Below are positions 1-8,426 of a stretch of DNA of 61,084 nt, piece after piece (position 1 is the first letter of the stretch; each line of letters starts with the position of its first letter). This stretch comes from a virus (lineage: Duplodnaviria; Caudoviricetes). Location: positions 1 to 61,084 of the IMG/VR virus record IMGVR_UViG_3300037313_001227; one strand, given 5' to 3'. A program made the position numbers and the translations under genes. The notes under the pieces are model-generated. The model saw only the letters and a program-made list of their open reading frames with translations, was not told the origin of the DNA and made no database searches.

Positions 1-80
1 TTCCGCGCGTGGAACGCGTACCGCGAGAAGCGCGGCATGACGACGATCCCCGTGCACGGCCGCCTGCCGGAGCTGGTGTG

Positions 81-302
81 ATGAAGCGCCAGACGCAGAT
101 CGAAGTGTACCCTGGCCGCCACGACAACGAGTGGTACTGGCGGCTGCGGAACAAGAACGGCCGCATCATGTGCGACGGCTCCGAGGCGTATTACAGCGCC
201 TCGAATGCCAAGCGTGGTGCGCGGCGGACCGCCGGCACGCTGCTGATATCGCCGATCGTGTCGATCGCGGCAAAGTACGGCAAAGGAGGCAACGGTGGCT
301 GA
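81..302 (+). CDS. DUF1508/YegP-like small protein
   Basis: Motif WYWRLRNKNGRIMCDGSEAYYSASNAKR; ATG overlaps the stop of the upstream partial ORF (TGATG). Confidence 0.7.
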   Translation: MKRQTQIEVYPGRHDNEWYWRLRNKNGRIMCDGSEAYYSASNAKRGARRTAGTLLISPIVSIAAKYGKGGNGG

Positions 303-468
303 GATCGCGTTCGTTCATAACCGCACCGGGCGGCGCTACCGCGTCGTCGCGTTCGACAAGGACGCCGGCAAGGTCAGGCTGATCGGCGAGCACAATGTCG
401 AGTTCAGCGAGCCCTACTCGAAGGAGCGGTTTGCCGAGATGGGTTACACGCTGGAGGCGCAGTCATGA
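295..468 (+). CDS. hypothetical protein (57 aa)
   Basis: GTG start after AAAGGAGG; stop overlaps the next ATG; translated by hand. Confidence 0.6.
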   Translation: MAEIAFVHNRTGRRYRVVAFDKDAGKVRLIGEHNVEFSEPYSKERFAEMGYTLEAQS

Positions 469-815
469 CTATGCGGAGCATTCGCGCACGCATGGCGTGC
501 GATAAGTGCGGACAGCAGTTTGACATCATCGTGCCGCCCGACGCCAATAACGACGGCCACGCCACGATTTTCGAGACCGTGCTCAACTCTTCGGATATTG
601 CCGTTCGTGAAACCGGGAATGACCACGAGGAGTGGGGTGCGCACGAAGGTCAGCATTATGGCCCATGTTGCTGGCCGGAAATGTCCGAGAAGATTTTCAT
701 CCAGGAAATCCGGGATGGGGTCGTCACGAAGCAGCAGCTGACCGATTGGGATATGCTCGACGAGTACGGAAAATATGTCCCGCGGTTGCGGCTAGCGCCG
801 CCGGTTTCTTCATGA
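465..815 (+). CDS. hypothetical Cys-rich protein
   Basis: CDKC and CC motifs; ATGA coupling. Confidence 0.55.
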   Translation: MTMRSIRARMACDKCGQQFDIIVPPDANNDGHATIFETVLNSSDIAVRETGNDHEEWGAHEGQHYGPCCWPEMSEKIFIQEIRDGVVTKQQLTDWDMLDEYGKYVPRLRLAPPVSS

Positions 816-849
816 TAGCGTCCATGCGCTATTTCGGGGGGCTGGGGGT

Positions 850-1134
850 ATGCCGTCGAGCAAGGGCTACGTTCGCGACTACAAGCGCGAATATGCGACC
901 GCCAAGGCGCGGGGCGAAGTCGGCACCGGCCACAACTCGGGCTCGGCCGAACGCCACCGGCTGCGGCGCAAGGCGCTTCGTCTCGGCATGGTCAAGAAGG
1001 GTCAGGACGTCGACCACATCAAGCCGCTCAGCAAGGGCGGCGCCAACACCATCAAGAACGCGCGTGCTCGCTCTCCGCATGCCAACCGCGGTTTCCCGCG
1101 GCGATCCGACGGGAGCATGATCAGGAACAGCTAA
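850..1134 (+). CDS. small HNH endonuclease
   Basis: DVDHIKPLSKGGANTIKNARARSPHANR HNH signature. Confidence 0.75.
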   Translation: MPSSKGYVRDYKREYATAKARGEVGTGHNSGSAERHRLRRKALRLGMVKKGQDVDHIKPLSKGGANTIKNARARSPHANRGFPRRSDGSMIRNS

Positions 1135-1149
1135 GAGGAGCACCCCCCG

Positions 1150-1299
1150 GTGTTCGACAAGAAGTGTGACAAGTGCGGTGCGCCGGCGACGGTGAACCTG
1201 AACATGGACCGGTATCTGTGCAGCCAGCACGCCTTCGAGAAGGTGATGGAAGTGACTGGCGAGGAAGCACGCAAGCTACGACTGAGGCCAGTGAAATGA
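1150..1299 (+). CDS. small zinc-finger-like protein
   Basis: CDKC...LCSQH; GAGGAG RBS; translated by hand. Confidence 0.5.
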   Translation: MFDKKCDKCGAPATVNLNMDRYLCSQHAFEKVMEVTGEEARKLRLRPVK

Positions 1300-1496
1300 T
1301 CGCGATCAACTGGACCACTCTCGAATATATGGACGAGCACGGTAATGTGTTTCCGATCACTAACTTCTTTGACGAAGATGGTGACGAGTGCGACGGCCCT
1401 GAGAACGCGGTGGTATGTGTCGCCGGTAGCGAGGACTGCTGGTACTCGATCGACCTTAGAGAATGGCGTGATGCACCATCGGAAATGGTGCAGTGA
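1296..1496 (+). CDS. hypothetical acidic protein
   Basis: Coupled on both sides (ATGA, GTGA). Confidence 0.55.
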   Translation: MIAINWTTLEYMDEHGNVFPITNFFDEDGDECDGPENAVVCVAGSEDCWYSIDLREWRDAPSEMVQ

Positions 1497-2164
1497 CCCC
1501 GAAGCCCTGGTCCCACTCGGCGCTGGACGATTTCAAGAATTGTCCACGCGCGTTCGCAGAAAAGCGCGTGTTCAAGAGCGTTGTCGAGACCAAGGGCGAA
1601 GCGACGATCTGGGGCGAGCAGGTCCACAAGCACTTCGAGGAGTTCCTGACCGACGGCGTCGCGCTGCCGCCCGAGCTCGCGTGCCACGAGCCGTTCCTGC
1701 TGCGGTTGCTCGACCTTGAGGGCATGCGCTTCGTCGAGGAGAAGATCGCGCTCAACACGGCGGTGAAGCCCTGCGCCTTCTTCGGCGATGACGTGTGGTT
1801 CCGCGGCGTCATTGACTTTGGGGTGGTCAACGGTGAGTTCGCGCGGCTCGTAGATCACAAGACCGGTAAGCACCACACCAAGTTCGACCAGCTCAAGCTG
1901 TTCGCGCTGTGGACGTTCGAAGCCTATCCGACCGTCAATCAGGTGCGCTGCGAATATTACTGGACGCAGACGATGACGCTGGGCGGCGAGACCTACACCC
2001 GCGACCAGATACCGAAGCTGTGGGCGACGTTCATCCCTGACCTGAAGCAATACGCCGAGGCGTTCAAGACGGACACCTGGCAGCCGCGCCAGTCGGGGCT
2101 GTGCCGTGGGTGGTGCCCGGTTACCGACTGCGAATTTTGGTCGCCTCGGAGGCAAAGGGGGTGA
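1493..2164 (+). CDS. PD-(D/E)XK Cas4/RecB-like exonuclease
   Basis: WSHS..CP, G..VH, ID..VDHKTG, QL..Y/F and C-terminal C..CP...C. Confidence 0.85.
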   Translation: MTPKPWSHSALDDFKNCPRAFAEKRVFKSVVETKGEATIWGEQVHKHFEEFLTDGVALPPELACHEPFLLRLLDLEGMRFVEEKIALNTAVKPCAFFGDDVWFRGVIDFGVVNGEFARLVDHKTGKHHTKFDQLKLFALWTFEAYPTVNQVRCEYYWTQTMTLGGETYTRDQIPKLWATFIPDLKQYAEAFKTDTWQPRQSGLCRGWCPVTDCEFWSPRRQRG

Positions 2165-2167
2165 TGA

Positions 2168-2335
2168 ATGAAGCACCAGGATCTGAGGACGCCTGAGCAG
2201 AAGTTCGACGACCTGCTCGCTGAGGGACTTTCACTCGACGATATCGCCTATCGACTGGGCTGGGGCATGTACCGGGTGAAGCGACATTACCGCTCGCTGT
2301 GCGAGCAGATGGGGGAAGAGCCGGATGAAGACTAA
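2168..2335 (+). CDS. small HTH protein (55 aa)
   Basis: LLAEGLSLDDIAYRLGW HTH-like pattern; translated by hand. Confidence 0.5.
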   Translation: MKHQDLRTPEQKFDDLLAEGLSLDDIAYRLGWGMYRVKRHYRSLCEQMGEEPDED

Positions 2336-2720
2336 GACCTACCGCGACGAGAAAGACGTCAAGCGCGAGATCAAGCGCCTGCTCGACAAATTCGGGTGGT
2401 TCTGGTGGATGCCGCCGGCCAACGGTTTCGGGAAGGCCGGAATCAGCGACATCAACACGATCAAGGACGGTGTCTTCATGGCGATCGAGGCCAAGTTCGG
2501 CTCGAACAAGCCGACGGTGATGCAGCGCGCGTTCCTCGAGAGCGTGCGCACCGCTGGTGGCTACGGCTTCGTCGTCAACGAGAAGAACATCGACGCGCTC
2601 GAGATCTTCCTCACCGACTTCCAGGAGCAGACCGAGCTGGTCCGCACCAACCAGCAGATGAGCAACGAGGCCGGCGCCCGCATGGTCGACGCGCTGCGCG
2701 TGCTGATGGCGCTGGCATGA
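2325..2720 (+). CDS. VRR-NUC domain nuclease (possible Holliday junction resolvase)
   Basis: E..VK..I, GISD, FMAIEAK..KPT..Q motifs. Confidence 0.85.
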   Translation: MKTKTYRDEKDVKREIKRLLDKFGWFWWMPPANGFGKAGISDINTIKDGVFMAIEAKFGSNKPTVMQRAFLESVRTAGGYGFVVNEKNIDALEIFLTDFQEQTELVRTNQQMSNEAGARMVDALRVLMALA

Positions 2721-2772
2721 GACCCTCCAACGAGCGCGGGAGGCATGGCGCGCTCAAACCCTCGGGTGGTGA

Positions 2773-3159
2773 ATGATAGTGATCACCCTTAAGCCGCAGC
2801 ACCATTTCGCGAGTGCGGATGATGTTGCAAGTCTGCGACACGATGTCGCGTCACTCACACGAAAGATAGGAAGACTTATGTCCCAAGTAGACGACCTGAA
2901 CGCCCTCCTCGCCGCCATCGCCAGCGACGTCACCGCGGTGCTCGACCAGGTGCGCTCCCTCGAGGAGCAGCTGACCACGCTGCAGCAGACCACGCCGCCG
3001 CAGGTGGACCTGTCGGGCGCCATCGCCGCGGCGACTGCGATCCGTGAGCAGCTCGAAGCAACGAGCACCAGCACGGGTGGCGATGCGTCCGGCGGCGACA
3101 CGAGCGGCACCGAGAACCCGCCGGCCGACGGTTCGGGCAGCACCGACCAGACGCCCTAA
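2773..3159 (+). CDS. hypothetical coiled-coil protein (start may be ATG 2878)
   Basis: Heptad pattern and a low-complexity acidic tail. Confidence 0.5.
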   Translation: MIVITLKPQHHFASADDVASLRHDVASLTRKIGRLMSQVDDLNALLAAIASDVTAVLDQVRSLEEQLTTLQQTTPPQVDLSGAIAAATAIREQLEATSTSTGGDASGGDTSGTENPPADGSGSTDQTP

Positions 3160-3166
3160 CGGGTGG

Positions 3167-3200
3167 GAGGGGCGGTGATCGTTGGGACGCCGCCCCTCTT
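3167..3200 (+). terminator. GC-rich hairpin/possible terminator, overlapping a TTGACA -35 box
   Basis: GAGGGGCGG...CCGCCCCTC followed by TT; TTGACA at 3199. Confidence 0.4.
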
Positions 3201-3283
3201 GACACAGGAACAAAGGAGTAGCATCATCCGTTTTACATCATAAGACCGGCTGTGAATTATCACATAGCCGGCGAGGAGGTTAT

Positions 3284-3817
3284 GTGGCAGGCAAGAAGGG
3301 CGCGTTCACTCACGATAATGTCGATAACAAATCTGTAGATTGGTACACACCCAAATGGGTGTTCGACGATCTCGCTCTGCAGTTCGACCTTGACCCATGT
3401 GCTCCTGCCGGCGGTGTGCCGTGGATCCCCGCGGTACATCATTACGCGTTACCCCAGAACGGCCTCAAGGAGCCGTGGCATGGTCGAGTATGGCTTAACC
3501 CGCCGTATGGCGTTCACACCAAGAGCTGGCTCAAGCGTCTCGGCGATCACGGAAACGGTGTGGCGTTAGTGTTTGCTCGCACAGACTGCGGATGGTTTCG
3601 TGAGGCGGTGAAAACGGCATCTGCGGTACTGTTCTTGGCTGGCCGAATTAAGTTCGTGGATGGGCTCGGTAAGACAAGCAACAATGGCGCCGGGGCCGGC
3701 TCTATGTTACTCGCGTGGGGTGGTTCTAATGCGCTGGCGCTGTTTAATATGCGCGACAAAGGGCTGTTCGTCGACCTGGACACTAACCGTGCCGCGGTAA
3801 TTCTACGAGCTAACTGA
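3284..3817 (+). CDS. phage DNA N6-adenine methyltransferase
   Basis: WYTP, FDLDPC, WLNPPY, ARTD..WF and GRIKF motifs. Confidence 0.9.
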   Translation: MAGKKGAFTHDNVDNKSVDWYTPKWVFDDLALQFDLDPCAPAGGVPWIPAVHHYALPQNGLKEPWHGRVWLNPPYGVHTKSWLKRLGDHGNGVALVFARTDCGWFREAVKTASAVLFLAGRIKFVDGLGKTSNNGAGAGSMLLAWGGSNALALFNMRDKGLFVDLDTNRAAVILRAN

Positions 3818-5373
3818 TGATCGCCCACCATCCCGAAACAAACTCTCTACTACTACACGCGGACGACCCGTTCGCGTTGCGCGAGGTCTTGCCCAAGAGC
3901 AAGATCATCGACCACCCGCAGTACAACTTCGCCGCGCCCCTGACGCTCGAAAGCGCCAAGATCCTCCGCAACATGGGGTTCCAGGTGCCGGCGCCGGTGC
4001 GCTTCGATTACAGCTGGCCGGGCAAGTACCGGCCGTTCGCGCACCAGATCACGATGAGCGAGTTCCTGACGCTGCATCGGCGCGCGTTCAACCTCTCCGA
4101 GATGGGCACCGCCAAGACCAACGCCTCTCTGTGGGCCGCCGACTGGCTGATGAAGACCGGCAGGGTGCAGAGGGCGCTGATCCTCACACCTTTATCCACC
4201 GTCGAGCGTGTCTGGAAACAGGACATTTTCGACACGCTTATGCACAGGCGCTGCGCGATCGCCCACGGCACCCGCGAGAAGCGCCGGCAGGCGCTGGCTG
4301 CCGACGTCGACTTCTACATCATGAACCACGACGGGCTCGGCATCGAGGAGTTTGTAAACGAGATTTACAAAAGGCCCGACATCAACCTGATCATCGTCGA
4401 CGAAGCCTCGATGTTCCGCAACCACCAGACGCGCAAGTACAAGGCGCTGGCCAAGCTCGCCTCGCGGCAGGACGTCCGGCTGTGGCTGATGACCGGCACG
4501 CCGTGCCCCAATGACCCCACGGACGCGTGGGCGCTGGCGCGGCTGGTGTCCCCTGAGCGCGTGCCGAAGTTCTTCGGCGGCTTTAAGCGCCAGACGATGT
4601 ATCAGGTGACGCAGTTCAAGTGGGTGCCCAACGCCCAGGCGCAGACGATCGCCTTCGCCGCGATGCAGCCCGCGGTGCGCTTCAAGAAGGCCGACTGCCT
4701 CGATCTGCCGCCGGTGACGACCCAGGACCGCCAGTGCGACCTGTCGAAGGAGCAGCGCAAGGCGTTCGACGAGCTCAAGACGACCATGCAGGCCGAAGCC
4801 GCGGCCGGCGAGAAGGTCACCGCAGTCAACGCCGCCGATAAGATCGGCAAGCTCCGCCAGATCCTCTGCGGCGCGATCAAGGTGGACGACGACTATGTGA
4901 CGCTAGACCACGCGCCGAGATTAAACGTTTTGCTCGAGTGCATCGGTGAGGCGTCAGCCAAGGTGCTGGTGGTGGCGCCGTTCAAGGGCATCGTCCGCTC
5001 GCTCGAGCAGGAGATCAGCAAGCACTATTCTGTGGGTGTGCTCAACGGCGACGTCAGTCCGGGCGCGCGCGACCGCATCATCAAGGACTTCAAGTCCGGG
5101 CCCGATCCGCACGTACTACTATGCCACCCGAAGGTCATGAGCCACGGCCTCAACCTAACCGAGGCCGACACTTTGATCTTCTACGCGCCGATCTACTCCA
5201 ACGATGAGTTCCAGCAGGTGACCGAGCGGTTCAACCGCGCCGGCCAGACGCGCAAGATGACGATCGTCAGGATGGCGGCGCACCCGCTGGAGTGGGACGT
5301 CTACAAGCTGCTGGCCAACCGCCAGTCAGTGCAAAGCAGCATCCTTAATTTGTACAAACAGGTGACGGAGTGA
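3817..5373 (+). CDS. SNF2-like (SF2) helicase
   Basis: EMGTAKT, IIVDEAS, MTGTP, HGLNLT and Q..ERFNRAGQ motifs. Confidence 0.9.
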   Translation: MIAHHPETNSLLLHADDPFALREVLPKSKIIDHPQYNFAAPLTLESAKILRNMGFQVPAPVRFDYSWPGKYRPFAHQITMSEFLTLHRRAFNLSEMGTAKTNASLWAADWLMKTGRVQRALILTPLSTVERVWKQDIFDTLMHRRCAIAHGTREKRRQALAADVDFYIMNHDGLGIEEFVNEIYKRPDINLIIVDEASMFRNHQTRKYKALAKLASRQDVRLWLMTGTPCPNDPTDAWALARLVSPERVPKFFGGFKRQTMYQVTQFKWVPNAQAQTIAFAAMQPAVRFKKADCLDLPPVTTQDRQCDLSKEQRKAFDELKTTMQAEAAAGEKVTAVNAADKIGKLRQILCGAIKVDDDYVTLDHAPRLNVLLECIGEASAKVLVVAPFKGIVRSLEQEISKHYSVGVLNGDVSPGARDRIIKDFKSGPDPHVLLCHPKVMSHGLNLTEADTLIFYAPIYSNDEFQQVTERFNRAGQTRKMTIVRMAAHPLEWDVYKLLANRQSVQSSILNLYKQVTE

Positions 5374-5534
5374 AGATCGAGATCCGCGCTGTCGATAACG
5401 GCTTCATCACCCAACTCTTCGGCGATGTGAAAAACCCTCGCGTCAAGAAGCGCGAGGTAGTCGCCGGCTCGGTCGTCGAGCTGGTCGGCCTGATCGCCGA
5501 GCATCTGCGCAAGGTCTACGGAGAGGACAGATGA
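5370..5534 (+). CDS. hypothetical protein (54 aa)
   Basis: GTGA/ATGA coupling; N-terminus IEIRAVDNGF resembles that of the 5788 ORF. Confidence 0.55.
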   Translation: MKIEIRAVDNGFITQLFGDVKNPRVKKREVVAGSVVELVGLIAEHLRKVYGEDR

Positions 5535-5791
5535 GCCATGGCTACCGGGTGGGTGACGTGGTCCGATACGGCGAGACCTGGGGCGTGGTACGATCCCGGG
5601 GTTTTGACCATGGACCCATGGTTGATTGGTGGGTGGGTCAGTACAATTCGCACGCTACGGAGCAGTGGTACTGCCAAAATGGCTGCATCGCCGACAGTGA
5701 CCTCAGCGCGCCTTTTGCACACGACTACGCTGGCATCCCCGACCCCGTCATTGCCCGAGCCACAATGTACCAGCTCACGGAGAATATATGA
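5531..5791 (+). CDS. SH3-like small protein with the shared C-terminal motif
   Basis: YRVGDVVRY...WGVV; ends IPDPVIARATMYQLTENI. Confidence 0.6.
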   Translation: MSHGYRVGDVVRYGETWGVVRSRGFDHGPMVDWWVGQYNSHATEQWYCQNGCIADSDLSAPFAHDYAGIPDPVIARATMYQLTENI

Positions 5792-6033
5792 ACCTCAACA
5801 TCGAGAAGATCACCAACGGCTACCTGGTCACCATCGACGGCAAGAAGACGTTCTACGACGTGCCCGAGGCGATCTGCGGCGCTACCGCTGAGTGGGTGCT
5901 GGCGGAGTGCAAGCGGCTGGAGAGCGCACCTGATCCAAATGAGGTCCAGCATCGAATGGCGCAAATGGCCAAGTTGTCCAAGCTGTACAACGACCAACTG
6001 CCCCCGCAATGGGTGAATTACACCGGCGAATAA
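5788..6033 (+). CDS. hypothetical protein
   Basis: Coupled ORF; GGAG RBS. Confidence 0.6.
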   Translation: MNLNIEKITNGYLVTIDGKKTFYDVPEAICGATAEWVLAECKRLESAPDPNEVQHRMAQMAKLSKLYNDQLPPQWVNYTGE

Positions 6034-6092
6034 CGCCGGTTGACACACCCAGATCACATGATAAGAACGGCAACTAATTAAGGACGTGACTG

Positions 6093-6497
6093 ATGGAAGC
6101 CCCCGTTGTCGATATCGATCTTGGTCAGGTGACCAAGGCGCACATCAATATCCGTGACGCGCGGACGGCGCTGCGCAAGCAGTACGAGGAGGCCGACGCC
6201 GACCTCAAGAAGTCGCAGGAGAAGCTCGAGAGCGTGATGCTCGATCACCTCAATCGCCATGGCATGGACAGTGTGCGCACCGAGGCCGGCACCTTCTACC
6301 GGCAGGAGGAGATCACGCCGTCGGCCGCGGACTGGAACGCGCTCTACGACTGGATCAAGGACAATGACGCGTGGGACGCGCTCGAGCGGCGCATCAAGCG
6401 CACGTTTGTGAAAGAATACCAGGAGGCGCACAACGGCGGGCTGCCGCCGGGCATCTCCGTGTTTCGTGAATATGTCGTGAGAGTACGGAGGAGCTGA
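6093..6497 (+). CDS. conserved hypothetical phage protein of the replication module
   Basis: AAGGA RBS; N-terminal coiled coil; upstream TTGACA at 6040. Confidence 0.7.
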   Translation: MEAPVVDIDLGQVTKAHINIRDARTALRKQYEEADADLKKSQEKLESVMLDHLNRHGMDSVRTEAGTFYRQEEITPSAADWNALYDWIKDNDAWDALERRIKRTFVKEYQEAHNGGLPPGISVFREYVVRVRRS

Positions 6498-6618
6498 TGA
6501 TCAGTGCAGACTATCTGCGGGAGTTGATCGACACGTTCGTTCTCCCTCCGCATAATTATTTCCAACGGGGGCAGCTGGATATGCTGAGGCAGTTGCTGGC
6601 GGTCGCCGAGGCTCAGCT

Positions 6619-6819
6619 ATGACCTGCAAGGTCGAACGCGAGAACGGCGCGCTGAAGGCGATGACCTTCCACTGCGATGCCGAGGGCTGCGACGTCGTCG
6701 CCGACGACGAGCATATCGAGAAGTCCGGCGGGCTTCGGTACATGGGGTGGTGGGCTACCGGCGGTAAGCACTACTGCCCCGACCATTACGGGGAGGGCGA
6801 GAAAATTGGTCAGCGGTGA
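6619..6819 (+). CDS. small zinc-finger-like protein
   Basis: CDAEGC...GW...HYCPDH. Confidence 0.6.
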   Translation: MTCKVERENGALKAMTFHCDAEGCDVVADDEHIEKSGGLRYMGWWATGGKHYCPDHYGEGEKIGQR

Positions 6820-7069
6820 AGTCGGCGGCAACGCCGCGCAGCAGGATCTGACACGGTTCGTCGAACGGATCGAGGCGCTCAAGCAACAGCGCGCCGAGAT
6901 CAACGAGGACATCCGCGACGTCAAGGTCGAGGCCAAGGCCAAGGGTTACGACCCGCGGACGATCGAGGCCGTGATCAAGGTGCGCGCGATAGGCAAGACC
7001 GTATATCGGGAGCAACGCGATTTGCTGGACACGTACCTCGCGGCGTTCGGCATTGATGACGAGGAGTGA
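6806..7069 (+). CDS. gapR: GapR/DUF2312 family nucleoid-associated protein
   Basis: LTRFVERIEALKQQRAEINEDIRDVKVEAKAKGYDP...LLDTYLAAFG; TTG start after GGGAGG. Confidence 0.88.
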   Translation: MVSGEVGGNAAQQDLTRFVERIEALKQQRAEINEDIRDVKVEAKAKGYDPRTIEAVIKVRAIGKTVYREQRDLLDTYLAAFGIDDEE

Positions 7070-7254
7070 GCATGGCGAAGACCTTGCGATTTCCGTGTGA
7101 TGACGGCGCCGTTGAGGCGACGTTTGATACATATAAAGGCGGGTGGCTTGTCAGCTTTCCGTTCGGTGACCGCCGATTTTTCGGCAACCAGCGAGAGCTA
7201 AGGGCTTTCGTTCAGAAAGAGCTAAAAGAAGGAGTGACGACCGATGGCGAGTAA
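7066..7254 (+). CDS. hypothetical protein
   Basis: Coupled ORF with GAGGAG RBS. Confidence 0.55.
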   Translation: MSMAKTLRFPCDDGAVEATFDTYKGGWLVSFPFGDRRFFGNQRELRAFVQKELKEGVTTDGE

Positions 7255-8335
7255 TGCACTGACACAGTTTCAGCCCGGCGCAGTGCCGGCGCACGTCCAG
7301 AACTTCCTCGGCGGGCAGGAAGCGAACACCGCAATCGGCGGCATCACCGTCCCGAGCCTGAGCCCCCAGGGCAAGGTGTGGACGATCAGCCTCGACGGGC
7401 AGAAGACGCAGCTCCAGAAGCGCGACAACGATGGTGAGATGGTACCGGTCGGCGTCATGCGCGTCGTCATCCTCGACTTCGCCAAGCGCCGCGGCCGCGC
7501 CTATTACGAGGGCGCGTACGACCCAGACAAGGAGAGCGCTCCTTTGTGCTGGTCGGACGACGGCATCACTCCCGACAACAGCTCAACCCAGCTGCAGTCG
7601 AAGAAGTGCGCCGAGTGCCCGAAGGCGGTCAAGGGCTCCAAGGTCACCGACCAGGGCAAGGCCACCGCGGCCTGCTCGCAGCACCGCATGCTGGCGCTGG
7701 TCCCGGCCAACAAGCTCGACTTCGCGCCGCTGCGCCTCAAGATCGCGATCACGTCGGACTTCGACAAGCAGAGCCCCAACGCCGCAGCCAACACCGCAGC
7801 CGGCTGGTTCGCCTTCTCGAACTATCTCGACTACCTCAAGAGCTCCGGTGTCACGCACACCGCGGCGGTAGTCACCAAGATGAAGTTCGACGCCGGCGCG
7901 ACCTACCCCAAGATCCTGTTCGCGGCCGATCGCTGGCTGACGCCAGAGGAGCTGGCGGTGGTCGGTCCGCTGACCAAGGACGAGGAAGTTCAGAAGCTGC
8001 TCGGCGGCACCTGGACCCCGGCCGGTCCGGACGGCACGCTCAAGGACGACACCACGGCTGGTGCCGGCGAGGGTGTCGCTGCAACCGAGCAGCAGGTCAC
8101 GACCGAGCAGGCAGCGACCGCGGACGAGGATGAGGGTGACGGTGAGATCATCATGGGTCTCGACGCTCCCGCTGCCGAGGAAACCCAGGCACCGGCCCAA
8201 GCAACCAAGCCGGCACCGAAGGCGGCCAAGACCAACGCGGCACCCAAGGCCGCTGCGGCTGAAGTCCAGCCCGAGGTCGCGACGGTCAAGGACCCCGCGC
8301 TCGCCGCCCTGCTCGCCGACTGGGGTAATGACTAA
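7244..8335 (+). CDS. putative ssDNA-binding/annealing protein
   Basis: Located before the primase; Cys cluster; long acidic Ala/Pro tail ending in DWGND. Confidence 0.55.
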   Translation: MASNALTQFQPGAVPAHVQNFLGGQEANTAIGGITVPSLSPQGKVWTISLDGQKTQLQKRDNDGEMVPVGVMRVVILDFAKRRGRAYYEGAYDPDKESAPLCWSDDGITPDNSSTQLQSKKCAECPKAVKGSKVTDQGKATAACSQHRMLALVPANKLDFAPLRLKIAITSDFDKQSPNAAANTAAGWFAFSNYLDYLKSSGVTHTAAVVTKMKFDAGATYPKILFAADRWLTPEELAVVGPLTKDEEVQKLLGGTWTPAGPDGTLKDDTTAGAGEGVAATEQQVTTEQAATADEDEGDGEIIMGLDAPAAEETQAPAQATKPAPKAAKTNAAPKAAAAEVQPEVATVKDPALAALLADWGND

Positions 8336-8426
8336 CCCTTGATATCGACCATGGCTTAGAACATAGTCGTGCCCCCGCCCGATGATGGGGATCCTTGGGC
8401 GGGGGTGATCTTGGGGGTACCCCTGA

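Noticed and set aside
1493-2164. Cas4-like nuclease taken as evidence of CRISPR-Cas
   Set aside because: A standalone PD-(D/E)XK nuclease is common in phage replication modules; no other cas genes are present.
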